Of a stretch of DNA of 64,000 nt, positions 15,001 to 30,000 are shown piece by piece. The DNA is taken from contig OZ059895.1 of NCBI GenBank assembly GCA_964057225.1, positions 9,548,001 to 9,612,000 of the forward strand, given 5' to 3'. Position 1 is the first letter of the stretch. Each line of letters opens with the position of its first letter. The notes beneath the pieces are model-generated. The model was not told the origin of the DNA. It saw only the letters and a list, made by a program, of their open reading frames with translations, and ran no database searches. This stretch comes from Auanema rhodensis. Its lineage: Eukaryota; Animalia; Nematoda. Both the position numbers and the translations under genes were made by a program.

Positions 15001-18000
15001 ATTAAAAATTTAAAAAATGAAATTATGAAATAGTGGTAGAAATATAAAATTGTTTAAAAAATATGGAATTAAATAAAATAGATGGAGTGAAATTGCTTGT
15101 AAAATATAAATCATTTTCGAATAAAATAGATGAAGTGAACTTGCTTGGAAAATATAAATCAGTTTCATGTTTCAGTTTTCGAGCATCACAATATTGAAAT
15201 TTAAATGTTTTTTAATGATTAAAAATTTAAAAAATGAAATTATGAAATAGTGGTAGAAATATAAAATTGTTTAAAATATGGAATTAAATAAAATAGATGT
15301 AGTGAACTTGCTTGGAAAATATAAATCAGTTTCATGTTTCAGTTTTTGAGCATCACAATATTGAAATTTAAATGTTTTTTAATGATTAAAAATTTAAAAA
15401 ATGAAATTATGAAATAGTGGTAGAAATATAAAATTGTTTAAAATATGGAATTAAATAAAATAGATGGAGTGAAATTGCTTGGAAAATATAAATCAGTTTC
15501 ATGTTTCAGTTTTTAAGCATCACAATATTGAAATTTGAATGTTTTTTTAATGATTAAAAATTTAAAAAATGAAATTATGAAATAGTGGTAGAAATATAAA
15601 ATTGTTTAAAATATGGAATTAAATAAAATAGATGGAGTGAAATTGCTTGGAAAATATGAATCAGTTTCATGTTTCAATTTTTGAGCATCACAATATTGAA
15701 ATTTAAATGTTTTTTAATGATTAAAAATTTAAAAAATGAAATTATGAAATAGTGGTAGAAATATAAAATTGTTTAAAATATGGAATTAAATAAAATAGAT
15801 GGAGTGAAATTGCTTGGAAAATATAAATCAGTTTCATGTTTCAATTTTTGAGCATCACAATATTGAAATTTAAATGTTTTTTTAATGATTAAAAATTTAA
15901 AAAATGAAATTATGAAATAGTGGTAGAAATATAAAATTGTTTAAAATATGGAATTAAATAAAATAGATGAAGTTAACTTGCTTGGAAAATATAAATCAGT
16001 TTCATGTTTCAGTTTTTGAGCATCACAATATTGAAATTTAAATGTTTTTTAATGATTAAAAATTTAAAAAATGAAATTATGAAATAGTGGTAGAAAAATA
16101 AAATTGTTTAAAAAATATGGAATTAAATAAAATAGATGGAGTGAAATTGCTTGTAAAATATGAATCAGTTTCATGTTTCAATTTTTGAGCATCACAATAT
16201 TGAAATTTAAATGTTTTTTAATGATTAAAAATTTAAAAAATGAAATTATGAAATAGTGGTAGAAATATAAAATTGTTTAAAATATGGAATTAAATGAATT
16301 AGATGGAGTGAAATTGCTTGGAAAATATAAATCAGTTTCATGTTTCAGTTCTTGAGCATCACAATATTGAAATTTAAATGTTTTTTAATGATTAAAAATT
16401 TAAAAAAAATGAAATTATGAAATAGTGGTAGAAATATAAAATTGTTTAAAATATGGAATTAAATAAAATAGATGGAGTGAAATTGCTTGGAAAATATGAA
16501 TCAGTTTCATGTTTCAGTTTTTGAGCATCACAATATTGAAATTTGAATGTTTTTTTAATGATTAAAAATTTAAAAAATGAAATTATGAAATAGTGGTAGA
16601 AATATAAAATTGTTTAAAATATGGAATTAAATAAAATAGATGGAGTGAAATTGCTTGGGAAATATAAATCAGTTCCATGTTTCAATTTTTGAGCATCACA
16701 ATATTGAAATTTAAATGTTTTTTAATGATTAAAAATTTAAAAAATGAAATTATGAAATAGTGGTAGAAAAATAAAATTGTTTAAAAAATATGGAATTAAA
16801 TAAAATAGATGGAGTGAAATTGCTTGTAAAATATAAATCATTTTCATGTTTCAGTTTTTAAGCATCACAATATTGAAATTTGAATGTTTTTTTAATGATT
16901 AAAAATTTAAAAAATGAAATTATGAAATAGTGGTAGAAATATAAAATTGTTTAAAATATGGAATTAAATAAACTAGATGAAGTGAACTTGCTTGGAAAAT
17001 ATAAATCAGTTTCATGTTTCAGTTTTTGAGCATCACAATATTGAAATTTAAATGTTTTTTAATGATTAAAAATTTAAAAAATGAAATTATGAAATAGTGG
17101 TAGAAATATAAAATTGTTTAAAAAATATGGAATTAAATAAAATAGATGGAGTGAAATTGCTTGTAAAATATAAATCATTTTCGAATAAAATAGATGAAGT
17201 GAACTTGCTTGGAAAATATAAATCAGTTTCATGTTTCAGTTTTTGAGCATCACAATATTGAAATTTAAATGTTTTTTAATGATTAAAAATTTAAAAAATG
17301 AAATTATGAAATAGTGGTAGAAATATAAAATTGTTTAAAATATGGAATTAAATAAAATAGATGTAGTGAACTTGCTTGGAAAATATAAATCAGTTTCATG
17401 TTTCAGTTTTTGAGCATCACAATATTGAAATTTAAATGTTTTTTAATGATTAAAAATTTAAAAAATGAAATTATGAAATAGTGGTAGAAATATAAAATTG
17501 TTTAAAATATGGAATTAAATAAAATAGATGGAGTGAAATTGCTTGGAAAATATAAATCAGTTTCATGTTTCAGTTTTTAAGCATCACAATATTGAAATTT
17601 GAATGTTTTTTTAATGATTAAAAATTTAAAAAATGAAATTATGAAATAGTGGTAGAAATATAAAATTGTTTAAAATATGGAATTAAATAAAATAGATGGA
17701 GTGAAATTGCTTGGAAAATATGAATCAGTTTCATGTTTCAATTTTTGAGCATCACAATATTGAAATTTAAATGTTTTTTAATGATTAAAAATTTAAAAAA
17801 TGAAATTATGAAATAGTGGTAGAAATATAAAATTGTTTAAAATATGGAATTAAATAAAATAGATGGAGTGAAATTGCTTGGAAAATATAAATCAGTTTCA
17901 TGTTTCAATTTTTGAGCATCACAATATTGAAATTTAAATGTTTTTTTAATGATTAAAAATTTAAAAAATGAAATTATGAAATAGTGGTAGAAATATAAAA

Positions 18001-21000
18001 TTGTTTAAAATATGGAATTAAATAAAATAGATGGAGTGAAATTGCTTGGAAAATATAAATCAGTTTCATGTTTCAATTTTTGAGCATCACAATATTGAAA
18101 TTTAAATGTTTTTTAATGATTAAAAATTTAAAAAATGAAATTATGAAATAGTGGTAGAAATATAAAATTGTTTAAAATATGGAATTAAATGAATTAGATG
18201 GAGTGAAATTGCTTGGAAAATATAAATCAGTTTCATGTTTCAGTTCTTGAGCATCACAATATTGAAATTTAAATGTTTTTTAATGATTAAAAATTTAAAA
18301 AAAATGAAATTATGAAATAGTGGTAGAAATATAAAATTGTTTAAAATATGGAATTAAATAAAATAGATGGAGTGAAATTGCTTGGAAAATATGAATCAGT
18401 TTCATGTTTCAGTTTTTGAGCATCACAATATTGAAATTTGAATGTTTTTTTAATGATTAAAAATTTAAAAAATGAAATTATGAAATAGTGGTAGAAATAT
18501 AAAATTGTTTAAAATATGGAATTAAATAAAATAGATGGAGTGAAATTGCTTGGGAAATATAAATCAGTTCCATGTTTCAATTTTTGAGCATCACAATATT
18601 GAAATTTAAATGTTTTTTAATGATTAAAAATTTAAAAAATGAAATTATGAAATAGTGGTAGAAAAATAAAATTGTTTAAAAAATATGGAATTAAATAAAA
18701 TAGATGGAGTGAAATTGCTTGTAAAATATAAATCATTTTCATGTTTCAGTTTTTAAGCATCACAATATTGAAATTTGAATGTTTTTTTAATGATTAAAAA
18801 TTTAAAAAATGAAATTATGAAATAGTGGTAGAAATATAAAATTGTTTAAAATATGGAATTAAATAAACTAGATGAAGTGAACTTGCTTGGAAAATATAAA
18901 TCAGTTTCATGTTTCAGTTTTTGAGCATCACAATATTGAAATTTAAATGTTTTTTAATGATTAAAAATTTAAAAAATGAAATTATGAAATAGTGGTAGAA
19001 ATATAAAATTGTTTAAAAAATATGGAATTAAATAAAATAGATGGAGTGAAATTGCTTGTAAAATATAAATCATTTTTGAATAAAATAGATGAAGTGAACT
19101 TGCTTGGAAAATATAAATCAGTTTCATGTTTCAGTTTTTGAGCATCACAATATTGAAATTTAAATGTTTTTTAATGATTAAAAATTTAAAAAATGAAATT
19201 ATGAAATAGTGGTAGAAATATAAAATTGTTTAAAATATGGAATTAAATAAAATAGATGTAGTGAACTTGCTTGGAAAATATAAATCAGTTTCATGTTTCA
19301 GTTTTTGAGCATCACAATATTGAAATTTAAATGTTTTTTAATGATTAAAAATTTAAAAAATGAAATTATGAAATAGTGGTAGAAATATAAAAATGTTTAA
19401 AATATGGAATTAAATAAAATAGATGGAGTGAAATTGCTTGGGAAATATAAATCAGTTCCATGTTTCAATTTTTGAGCATCACAATATTGAAATTTAAATG
19501 TTTTTTAATGATTAAAAATTTAAAAAATGAAATTATGAAATAGTGGTAGAAAAATAAAATTGTTTAAAAAATATGGAATTAAATAAAATAGATGGAGTGA
19601 AATTGCTTGTAAAATATAAATCATTTTCATGTTTCAGTTTTTAAGCATCACAATATTGAAATTTGAATGTTTTTTTAATGATTAAAAATTTAAAAAATGA
19701 AATTATGAAATAGTGGTAGAAATATAAAATTGTTTAAAATATGGAATTAAATAAAATAGATGGAGTGAAATTGCTTGGGAAATATAAATCAGTTCCATGT
19801 TTCAATTTTTGAGCATCACAATATTGAAATTTAAATGTTTTTTAATGATTAAAAATTTAAGAAATGAAATTATGAAATAGTGGTAGAAATATAAAATTGT
19901 TTAAAAAATATGGAATTAAATAAAATAGATGGAGTGAAATTGCTTGTAAAATATAAATCATTTTCGAATAAAATAGATGAAGTGAACTTGCTTGGAAAAT
20001 ATAAATCAGTTTCATGTTTCAGTTTTTGAGCATCACAATATTGAAATTTAAATGTTTTTTAATGATTAAAAATTTAAAAAATGAAATTATGAAATAGTGG
20101 TAGAAATATAAAATTGTTTAAAAAATATGGAATTAAATAAAATAGATGGAGTGAAATTGCTTGTAAAATATAAATCATTTTCGAATAAAATAGATGAAGT
20201 GAACTTGCTTGGAAAATATAAATCAGTTTCATGTTTCAGTTTTTGAGCATCACAATATTGAAATTTAAATGTTTTTTAATGATTAAAAATTTAAAAAATG
20301 AAATTATGAAATAGTGGTAGAAATATAAAATTGTTTAAAATATGGAATTAAATAAAATAGATGTAGTGAACTTGCTTGGAAAATATAAATCAGTTTCATG
20401 TTTCAGTTTTTGAGCATCACAATATTGAAATTTAAATGTTTTTTAATGATTAAAAATTTAAAAAATGAAATTATGAAATAGTGGTAGAAAAATAAAATTG
20501 TTTAAAAAATATGGAATTAAATAAAATAGATGGAGTGAAATTGCTTGTAAAATATAAATCATTTTCATGTTTCAGTTTTTAAGCATCACAATATTGAAAT
20601 TTGAATGTTTTTTTAATGATTAAAAATTTAAAAAATGAAATTATGAAATAGTGGTAGAAATATAAAATTGTTTAAAATATGGAATTAAATAAAATAGATG
20701 GAGTGAAATTGCTTGGGAAATATAAATCAGTTCCATGTTTCAATTTTTGAGCATCACAATATTGAAATTTAAATGTTTTTTAATGATTAAAAATTTAAGA
20801 AATGAAATTATGAAATAGTGGTAGAAATATAAAATTGTTTAAAAAATATGGAATTAAATAAAATAGATGGAGTGAAATTGCTTGTAAAATATAAATCAGT
20901 TCCATGTTTCAATTTTTGAGCATCACAATATTGAAATTTAAATGTTTTTTAATGATTAAAAATTTAAAAAATGGAATTATGAAATAGTGGTAGAAAAATA

Positions 21001-24000
21001 AAATTGTTTAAAAAATATGGAATTAAATAAAATAGATGGAGTGAAATTGCTTGGAAAATATAAATCAGTTTCATGTTTCAATTTTTGAGCATCACAATAT
21101 TGAAATTTAAATGTTTTTTTAATGATTAAAAACTTAAAAAATGAATTTATGAAATAGTGGTAGAAATATAAAATTGTTTAAAATATGGAATTAAATAAAA
21201 TAGATGGAGTGAAATTGCTTGGAAAATATAAATCAGTTTCATGTTTCAATTTTTGAGCATCACAATATTGAAATTTAAATGTTTTTTAATGATTAAAAAT
21301 TTAAAAAATGAAATTATGAAATAGTGGTAGAAATATAAAATTGTTTGAAATATGGAATTAAATGAATTAGATGGAGTGAAATTGCTTGGAAAATATAAAT
21401 CAGTTTCATGTTTCAGTTCTTGAGCATCACAATATTGAAATTTAAATGTTTTTTAATGATTAAAAATTTAAAAAATGAAATTATGAAATAGTGGTAGAAA
21501 TATAAAACTGTTTAAAATATGGAATTAAATAAAATAGATGGAGTGAAATTGCTTGGAAAATATGAATCAGTTTCATGTTTCAGTTTTTGAGCATCACAAT
21601 ATTGAAATTTGAATGTTTTTTTAATGATTAAAAATTTAAAAAATGAAATTATGAAATAGTGGTAGAAATATAAAATTGTTTAAAATATGGAATTAAATAA
21701 AATAGATGGAGTGAAATTGCTTGGGAAATATAAATCAGTTCCATGTTTCAATTTTTGAGCATCACAATATTGAAATTTAAATGTTTTTTAATGATTAAAA
21801 ATTTAAAAAATGAAATTATGAAATAGTGGTAGAAAAATAAAATTGTTTAAAAAATATGGAATTAAATAAAATAGATGGAGTGAAATTGCTTGTAAAATAT
21901 AAATCATTTTCATGTTTCAGTTTTTAAGCATCACAATATTGAAATTTGAATGTTTTTTTAATGATTAAAAATTTAAAAAATGAAATTATGAAATAGTGGT
22001 AGAAATATAAAATTGTTTAAAATATGGAATTGAATAAAATAGATGAAGTGAACTTGCTTGGAAAATATAAATCAGTTTCATGTTTCAGTTTTTGAGCATC
22101 ACAATATTGAAATTTGAATGTTTTTTTAATGATTAAAAATTTAAAAAATGAAATTATGAAAAAATGGTAGAAATATAAAATTGTTTAAAATATGGAATTA
22201 AATAAAATAGATGGAGTGAAATTGCTTGGAAAATATAAATCAGTTTCATGTTTCAGTTTTTGAGCATCACAATATTGAAATTTAAATGTTTTTTAATGAT
22301 TAAAAATTTAAAAAATGAAATTATGAAATAGTGGTAGAAATATAAAATTGTTTAAAATATGGAATTAAATAAAATAGATGAAGTGAAATTGCTTGGAAAA
22401 TATAAATCAGTTTCATGTTTCAGTTTTTAAGCATCACAATATTGAAATTTGAATGTTTTTTTAATGATTAAAAATTTAAAAAATGAAATTATGAAATAGT
22501 GGTAGAAATATAAAATTGTTTAAAATATGGAATTAAATAAAATAGATGGAGTGAAATTGCTTGGAAAATATGAATCAGTTTCATGTTTCAATTTTTGAGC
22601 ATCACAATATTGAAATTTAAATGTTCTTTAATGATTAAAAATTTAAAAAATGAAATTATGAAATAGTGGTAGAAATATAAAATTGTTTAAAATATGGAAT
22701 TAAATAAAATAGATGGAGTGAAATTGCTTGGAAAATATAAATCAGTTTCATGTTTCAATTTTTGAGCATCACAATATTGAAATTTAAATGTTTTTTTAAT
22801 GATTAAAAATTTAAAAAATGAAATTATGAAATAGTGGTAGAAATATAAAATTGTTTAAAATATGGAATTAAATAAAATAGATGGAGTGAAATTGCTTGGA
22901 AAATATAAATCAGTTTCATGTTTCAATTTTTGAGCATCACAATATTGAAATTTAAATGTTTTTTAATGATTAAAAATTTAAAAAATGAAATTATGAAATA
23001 GTGGTAGAAATATAAAATTGTTTAAAATATGGAATTAAATGAATTAGATCGAGTGAAATTGCTTGGAAAATATAAATCAGTTTCATGTTTCAGTTCTTGA
23101 GCATCACAATATTGAAATTTAAATGTTTTTTAATGATTAAAAATTTAAAAAATGAAATTATGAAATAGTGGTAGAAATATAAAATTGTTTAAAATATGGA
23201 ATTAAATAAAATAGATGGAGTGAAATTGCTTGGAAAATATGAATCAGTTTCATGTTTCAGTTTTTGAGCATCACAATATTGAAATTTGAATGTTTTTTTA
23301 ATGATTAAAAATTTAAAAAATGAAATTATGAAATAGTGGTAGAAATATAAAATTGTTTAAAATATGGAATTAAATAAAATAGATGGAGTGAAATTGCTTG
23401 GGAAATATAAATCAGTTCCATGTTTCAATTTTTGAGCATCACAATATTGAAATTTAAATGTTTTTTAATGATTAAAAATTTAAAAAATGAAATTATGAAA
23501 TAGTGGTAGAAAAATAAAATTGTTTAAAAAATATGGAATTAAATAAAATAGATGGAGTGAAATTGCTTGTAAAATATAAATCATTTTCATGTTTCAGTTT
23601 TTAAGCATCACAATATTGAAATTTGAATGTTTTTTTAATGATTAGAAATTTAAAAAATGAAATTATGAAATAGTGGTAGAAATATAAAATTGTTTAAAAT
23701 ATGGAATTAAATAAAATAGATGGAGTGAAATTGCTTGGGAAATATAAATCAGTTCCATGTTTCAATTTTTGAGCATCACAATATTGAATATTAAATGTTT
23801 TTTAATGATTAAAAATTTAAAAAATGAAATTATGAAATAGTGGTAGAAAAATAAAATTGTTTAAAAAATATGGAATTAAATAAAATAGATGGAGTGAAAT
23901 TGCTTGTAAAATATAAATCATTTTCATGTTTCAGTTTTTAAGCATAACAATATTGAAATTTGAATGTTTTTTTAATGATTAAAAATTTAAAAAATGAAAT

Positions 24001-27000
24001 TATGAAATAGTGGTAGAAATATAAAATTGTTTAAAATATGGAATTAAATAAAATAGATGGAGTGAAATTGCTTGGGAAATATAAATCAGTTCCATGTTTC
24101 AATTTTTGAGCATCACAATATTGATATTTAAATGTTTTTTAATGATTAAAAATTTAAAAAATGAAATTATGAAATAGTGGTAGAAATATAAAATTGTTTA
24201 AAAAATATGGAATTAAATAAAATAGATGGAGTGAAATTGCTTGTAAAATATAAATCATTTTCGAATAAAATAGATGAAGTGAACTTGCTTGGAAAATATA
24301 AATCAGTTTCATGTTTCAGTTTTTGAGCATCACAATATTGAAATTTAAATGTTTTTTAATGATTAAAAATTTAAAAAATGAAATTATGAAATAGTGGTAG
24401 AAATATAAAATTGTTTAAAATATGGAATTAAATAAAATAGATGTAGTGAACTTGCTTGGAAAATATAAATCAGTTTCATGTTTCAGTTTTTGAGCATCAC
24501 AATATTGAAATTTAAATGTTTTTTAATGATTAAAAATTTAAAAAATGAAATTATGAAATAGTGGTAGAAATATAAAATTGTTTAAAATATGGAATTAAAT
24601 AAAATAGATGGAGTGAAATTGCTTGGAAAATATAAATCAGTTTCATGTTTCAGTTTTTAAGCATCACAATATTGAAATTTGAATGTTTTTTTAATGATTA
24701 AAAATTTAAAAAATGAAATTATGAAATAGTGGTAGAAATATAAAATTGTTTAAAATATGGAATTAAATAAAATAGATGGAGTGAAATTGCTTGGAAAATA
24801 TAAATCAGTTTCATGTTTCAATTTTTGAGCATCACAATATTGAAATTTAAATGTTTTTTAATGATTAAAAATTTAAAAAATGAAATTATGAAATAGTGGT
24901 AGAAATATAAAATTGTTTAAAATATGGAATTAAATGAATTAGATGGAGTGAAATTGCTTGGAAAATATAAATCAGTTTCATGTTTCAATTTTTGAGCATC
25001 ACAATATTGAAATTTAAATGTTTTTTAATGATTAAAAATTTAAAAAATGAAATTATGAAATAGTGGTAGAAATATAAAATTGTTTAAAATATGGAATTAA
25101 ATAAAATAGATGGAGTGAAATTGCTTGGAAAATATAAATCAGTTTCATGTTTCAATTTTTGAGCATCACAATATTGAAATTTAAATGTTTTTTAATGATT
25201 AAAAATTTAAAAAATGAAATTATGAAATAGTGGTAGAAATATAAAATTGTTTAAAATATGGAATTAAATGAATTAGATGGAGTGAAATTGCTTGGAAAAT
25301 ATAAATCAGTTTCATGTTTCAATTTTTGAGCATCACAATATTGAAATTTAAATGTTTTTTAATGATTAAAAATTTAAAAAATGAAATTATGAAATAGTGG
25401 TAGAAATATAAAATTGTTTAAAATATGGAATTAAATAAAATAGATGGAGTGAAATTGCTTGGGAAATATAAATCAGTTCCATGTTTCAATTTTTGAGCAT
25501 CACAATATTGAAATTTAAATGTTTTTTAATGATTAAAAATTTAAAAAATGAAATTATGAAATAGTGGTAGAAATATAAAATTGTTTAAAAAATATGGAAT
25601 TAAATAAAATAGATGGAGTGAAATTGCTTGTAAAATATAAATCATTTTCGAATAAAATAGATGAAGTGAACTTGCTTGGAAAATATAAATCAGTTTCATG
25701 TTTCAGTTTTTGAGCATCACAATATTGAAATTTAAATGTTTTTTAATGATTAAAAATTTAAAAAATGAAATTATGAAATAGTGGTAGAAATATAAAATTG
25801 TTTAAAATATGGAATTAAATAAAATAGATGTAGTGAACTTGCTTGGAAAATATAAATCAGTTTCATGTTTCAGTTTTTGAGCATCACAATATTGAAATTT
25901 AAATGTTTTTTAATGATTAAAAATTTAAAAAATGAAATTATGAAATAGTGGTAGAAATATAAAAATGTTTAAAATATGGAATTAAATAAAATAGATGGAG
26001 TGAAATTGCTTGGAAAATATAAATCAGTTTCATGTTTTAGTTTTTGAGCATCACAATATTGAAATTTAAATGTTTTTTAATGATTAAAAATTTAAAAAAT
26101 GAAATTATGAAATAATGGTAGAAATATAAAATTGTTTAAAATATGGAATTAAATAAAATAGATGGAGTGAAATTGCTTGGAAAATATAAATCAGTTTCAT
26201 GTTTCAGTTTTTGAGCATCACATTATTGAAATTTCAATGTTTTTTAATGATTAAAAATTTAAAAAATGAAATTATGAAATAGTGGTAGAAATATAAAATT
26301 GTTTAAAATATGGAATTAAATAAAATAGATGGAGTGAAATTGCTTGGAAAATATAAATCAGTTTCATGTTTCAGTTTTTAAGCATCACAATATTGAAATT
26401 TGAATGTTTTTTTAATGATTAAAAATTTAAAAAAAGAAATTATGAAATAGTGGTAGAAATATAAAATTGTTTAAAATATGGAATTAAATAAAATAGATGG
26501 AGTGAAATTGCTTGGAAAATATAAATCAGTTTCATGTTTCAATTTTTGAGCATCACAATATTGAAATTTGAATGTTTTTTAATGATTAAAAATTTAAAAA
26601 AAGAAATTATGAAATAGTGGTAGAAATATAAAATTGTTTAAAATATGGAATTAAATTAAATAGATGGAGTGAAATTGCTTGGAAAATATAAATCAGTTTC
26701 ATGTTTCAATTTTTGAGCATCACAATATTGAAATTTGAATGTTTTTTAATGATTAAAAATTTAAAAAATGAAATTATGAAATAGTGGTAGAAATATAAAA
26801 TTGTTTAAAATATGGAATTAAATAAAATAAATGAAGTGAAATTGCTTGGAAAATATAAATCAGTTTCATGTTTCAATTTTTGAGCATCACAATATTGAAA
26901 TTTGAATGTTTTTTTAATGATTAAAAATTTAAAAAATGAAATTATGAAATAATGGTAGAAATATAAAATTGTTTAAAATATGGAATTGAATAAAATAGAT

Positions 27001-30000
27001 GAAGTGAACTTGCTTGGAAAATATAAATCAGTTTCATGTTTCAGTTTTTGGGCATCACAATATTGAAATTTGAATGTTTTTTAATGATTAAAAATTTAAA
27101 AAATGAAATTATGAAATAGTGGTAGAAATATAAAATTGTTTAAAATATGGAATTAAATAAAATAAATGGAGTGAAATTGCTTGGAAAATATAAATCAGTT
27201 TCATGTTTCAATTTTTGAGCATCACAATATTGAAATTTGAATGTTTTTTTAATGATTAAAAATTTAAAAAATGAAATTATGAAATAGTGGTAAAAATATA
27301 AAATTGTTTAAAATATGGAATTAAATAAAATAGATGAAGTGAACTTGCTTGGAAAATATAAATCAGTTTCATGTTTCAGTTTTTGAGCATCACAATATTG
27401 AAATTTGAATGTTTTTTTAATGATTAAAAATTTAAAAAATGAAATTATGAAATAGTGGTAGAAATATAAAATTTTTTAGAATATGGAATTAAATAAAATA
27501 GATGGAGTGAAATTGCTTGGAAACTATAAATCAGTTTAATGTTTCAGTTTTTGAGCATCACAATATTGAAATTTAAATGTTTTTTAATGATTAAAAATTT
27601 AAAAAATGAAATTATGAAATAATGGTAGAAATATAAAATTGTTTAAAATATGGAATTAAATAAAATAGATGGAGTGAAATTGCTTGGAAAATATAAATCA
27701 GTTTCATGTTTCAGTTTTTGAGCATCACATTATTGAAATTTCAATGTTTTTTAATGATTAAAAATTTAAAAAATGAAATTATGAAATAGTGGTAGAAATA
27801 TAAAATTGTTTAAAATATGGAATTAAATAAAATAGATGGAGTGAAATTGCTTGGAAAATATAAATCAGTTTCATGTTTCAGTTTTTAAGCATCACAATAT
27901 TGAAATTTGAATGTTTTTTTAATGATTAAAAATTTAAAAAAAGAAATTATGAAATAGTGGTAGAAATATAAAATTGTTTAAAATATGGAATTAAATAAAA
28001 TAGATGGAGTGAAATTGCTTGGAAAATATAAATCAGTTTCATGTTTCAATTTTTGAGCATCACAATATTGAAATTTGAATGTTTTTTAATGATTAAAAAT
28101 TTAAAAAAAGAAATTATGAAATAGTGGTAGAAATATAAAATTGTTTAAAATATGGAATTAAATTAAATAGATGGAGTGAAAATGCTTGGAAAATATAAAT
28201 CAGTTTCATGTTTCAATTTTTGAGCATCACAATATTGAAATTTGAATGTTTTTTAATGATTAAAAATTTAAAAAATGAAATTATGAAATAGTGGTAGAAA
28301 TATAAAATTGTTTAAAATATGGAATTAAATAAAATAAATGAAGTGAAATTGCTTGGAAAATATAAATCAGTTTCATGTTTCAATTTTTGAGCATCACAAT
28401 ATTGAAATTTGAATGTTTTTTTAATGATTAAAAATTTAAAAAATGAAATTATGAAATAGTGGTAGAAATATAAAATTGTTTAGAATATGGAATTAAATAA
28501 AATAGATGGAGTGAAATTGCTTGGAAAATATAAATCAGTTTAATGTTTCAGTTTTTGAGCATCACAATTTTGAAATTTGAATGTTTTTTTAATGATTAAA
28601 AATTTAAAAAATGAAATTATGAAATAGTGGTAGAAATATAAAATTGTTCAAAATATGGAATTAAATAAAATAGATGGAGTGAAATTGCTTGGAAAATATA
28701 AATCAGTTTCATGTTTCAATTTTTGAGCATCACAATATTGAAATTTGAATGTTTTTTAATGATTAAAAATTTAAAAAATGAAATTATGAAATAATGGTAG
28801 AAATATAAAATTGTTTAAAATATGGAATTGAATAAAATAGATGAAGTGAACTTGCTTGGAAAATATAAATCAGTTTCATGTTTCAGTTTTTGGGCATCAC
28901 AATATTGAAATTTGAATGTTTTTTAATGATTAAAAATTTAAAAAATGAAATTATGAAATAGTGGTAGAAATATAAAATTGTTTAAAATATGGAATTAAAT
29001 AAAATAAATGGAGTGAAATTGCTTGGAAAATATAAATCAGTTTCATGTTTCAATTTTTGAGCATCACAATATTGAAATTTGAATGTTTTTTTAATGATTA
29101 AAAATTTAAAAAATGAAATTATGAAATAGTGGTAGAAATATAAAATTGTTTAGAATATGGAATTAAATAAAATAGATGGAGTGAAATTGCTTGGAAAATA
29201 TAAATCAGTTTCATGTTTCAATTTTTGAGCATCACAATATTGAAATTTAAATGTTTTTTAATGATTAAAAATTTAAAAAAGGAAATTATGAAATAGTGGT
29301 AGAAATATAAAATTGTTTAAAATATGGAATTAAATAAAATAGATGAAGTGAACTTGCTTGGAAAATATAAATCAGTTTCATGTTTCAGTTTTTGAGCATC
29401 ACAATATTGAAATTTGAATGTTTTTTTAATGATTAAAAATTTAAAAAATGAAATTATGAAATAGTGGTAGAAATATAAAATTGTTTAGAATATGGAATTA
29501 AATAAAATAGATGGAGTGAAATTGCTTGGAAAATATAAATCAGTTTCATGTTTCAATTTTTGAGCATCACAATATTGAAATTTAAATGTTTTTTAATGAT
29601 TAAAAATTTAAAAAAGGAAATTATGAAATAGTGGTAGAAATATAAAATTGTTTAAAATATGGAATTAAATAAAATAGATGAAGTGAACTTGCTTGGAAAA
29701 TATAAATCAGTTTCATGTTTCAATTTTTGAGCATCACAATATTGAAATTTAAATGTTTTTTAATGATTAAAAATTTAAAAAAAGAAATTATGAAATAGTG
29801 GTAGAAATATAAAATTGTTTAAAATATGGAATTAAATAAAATAGATGGAGTGAAATTGCTTGGAAAATATAAATCAGTTTCATGTTTCAATTTTTGAGCA
29901 TCACAATATTGAAATTTGAATGTTTTTTAATGATTAAAAATTTAAAAAATGAAATTATGAAATAGTGGTAGAAATATAAAATTGTTTAAAATATGGAATT

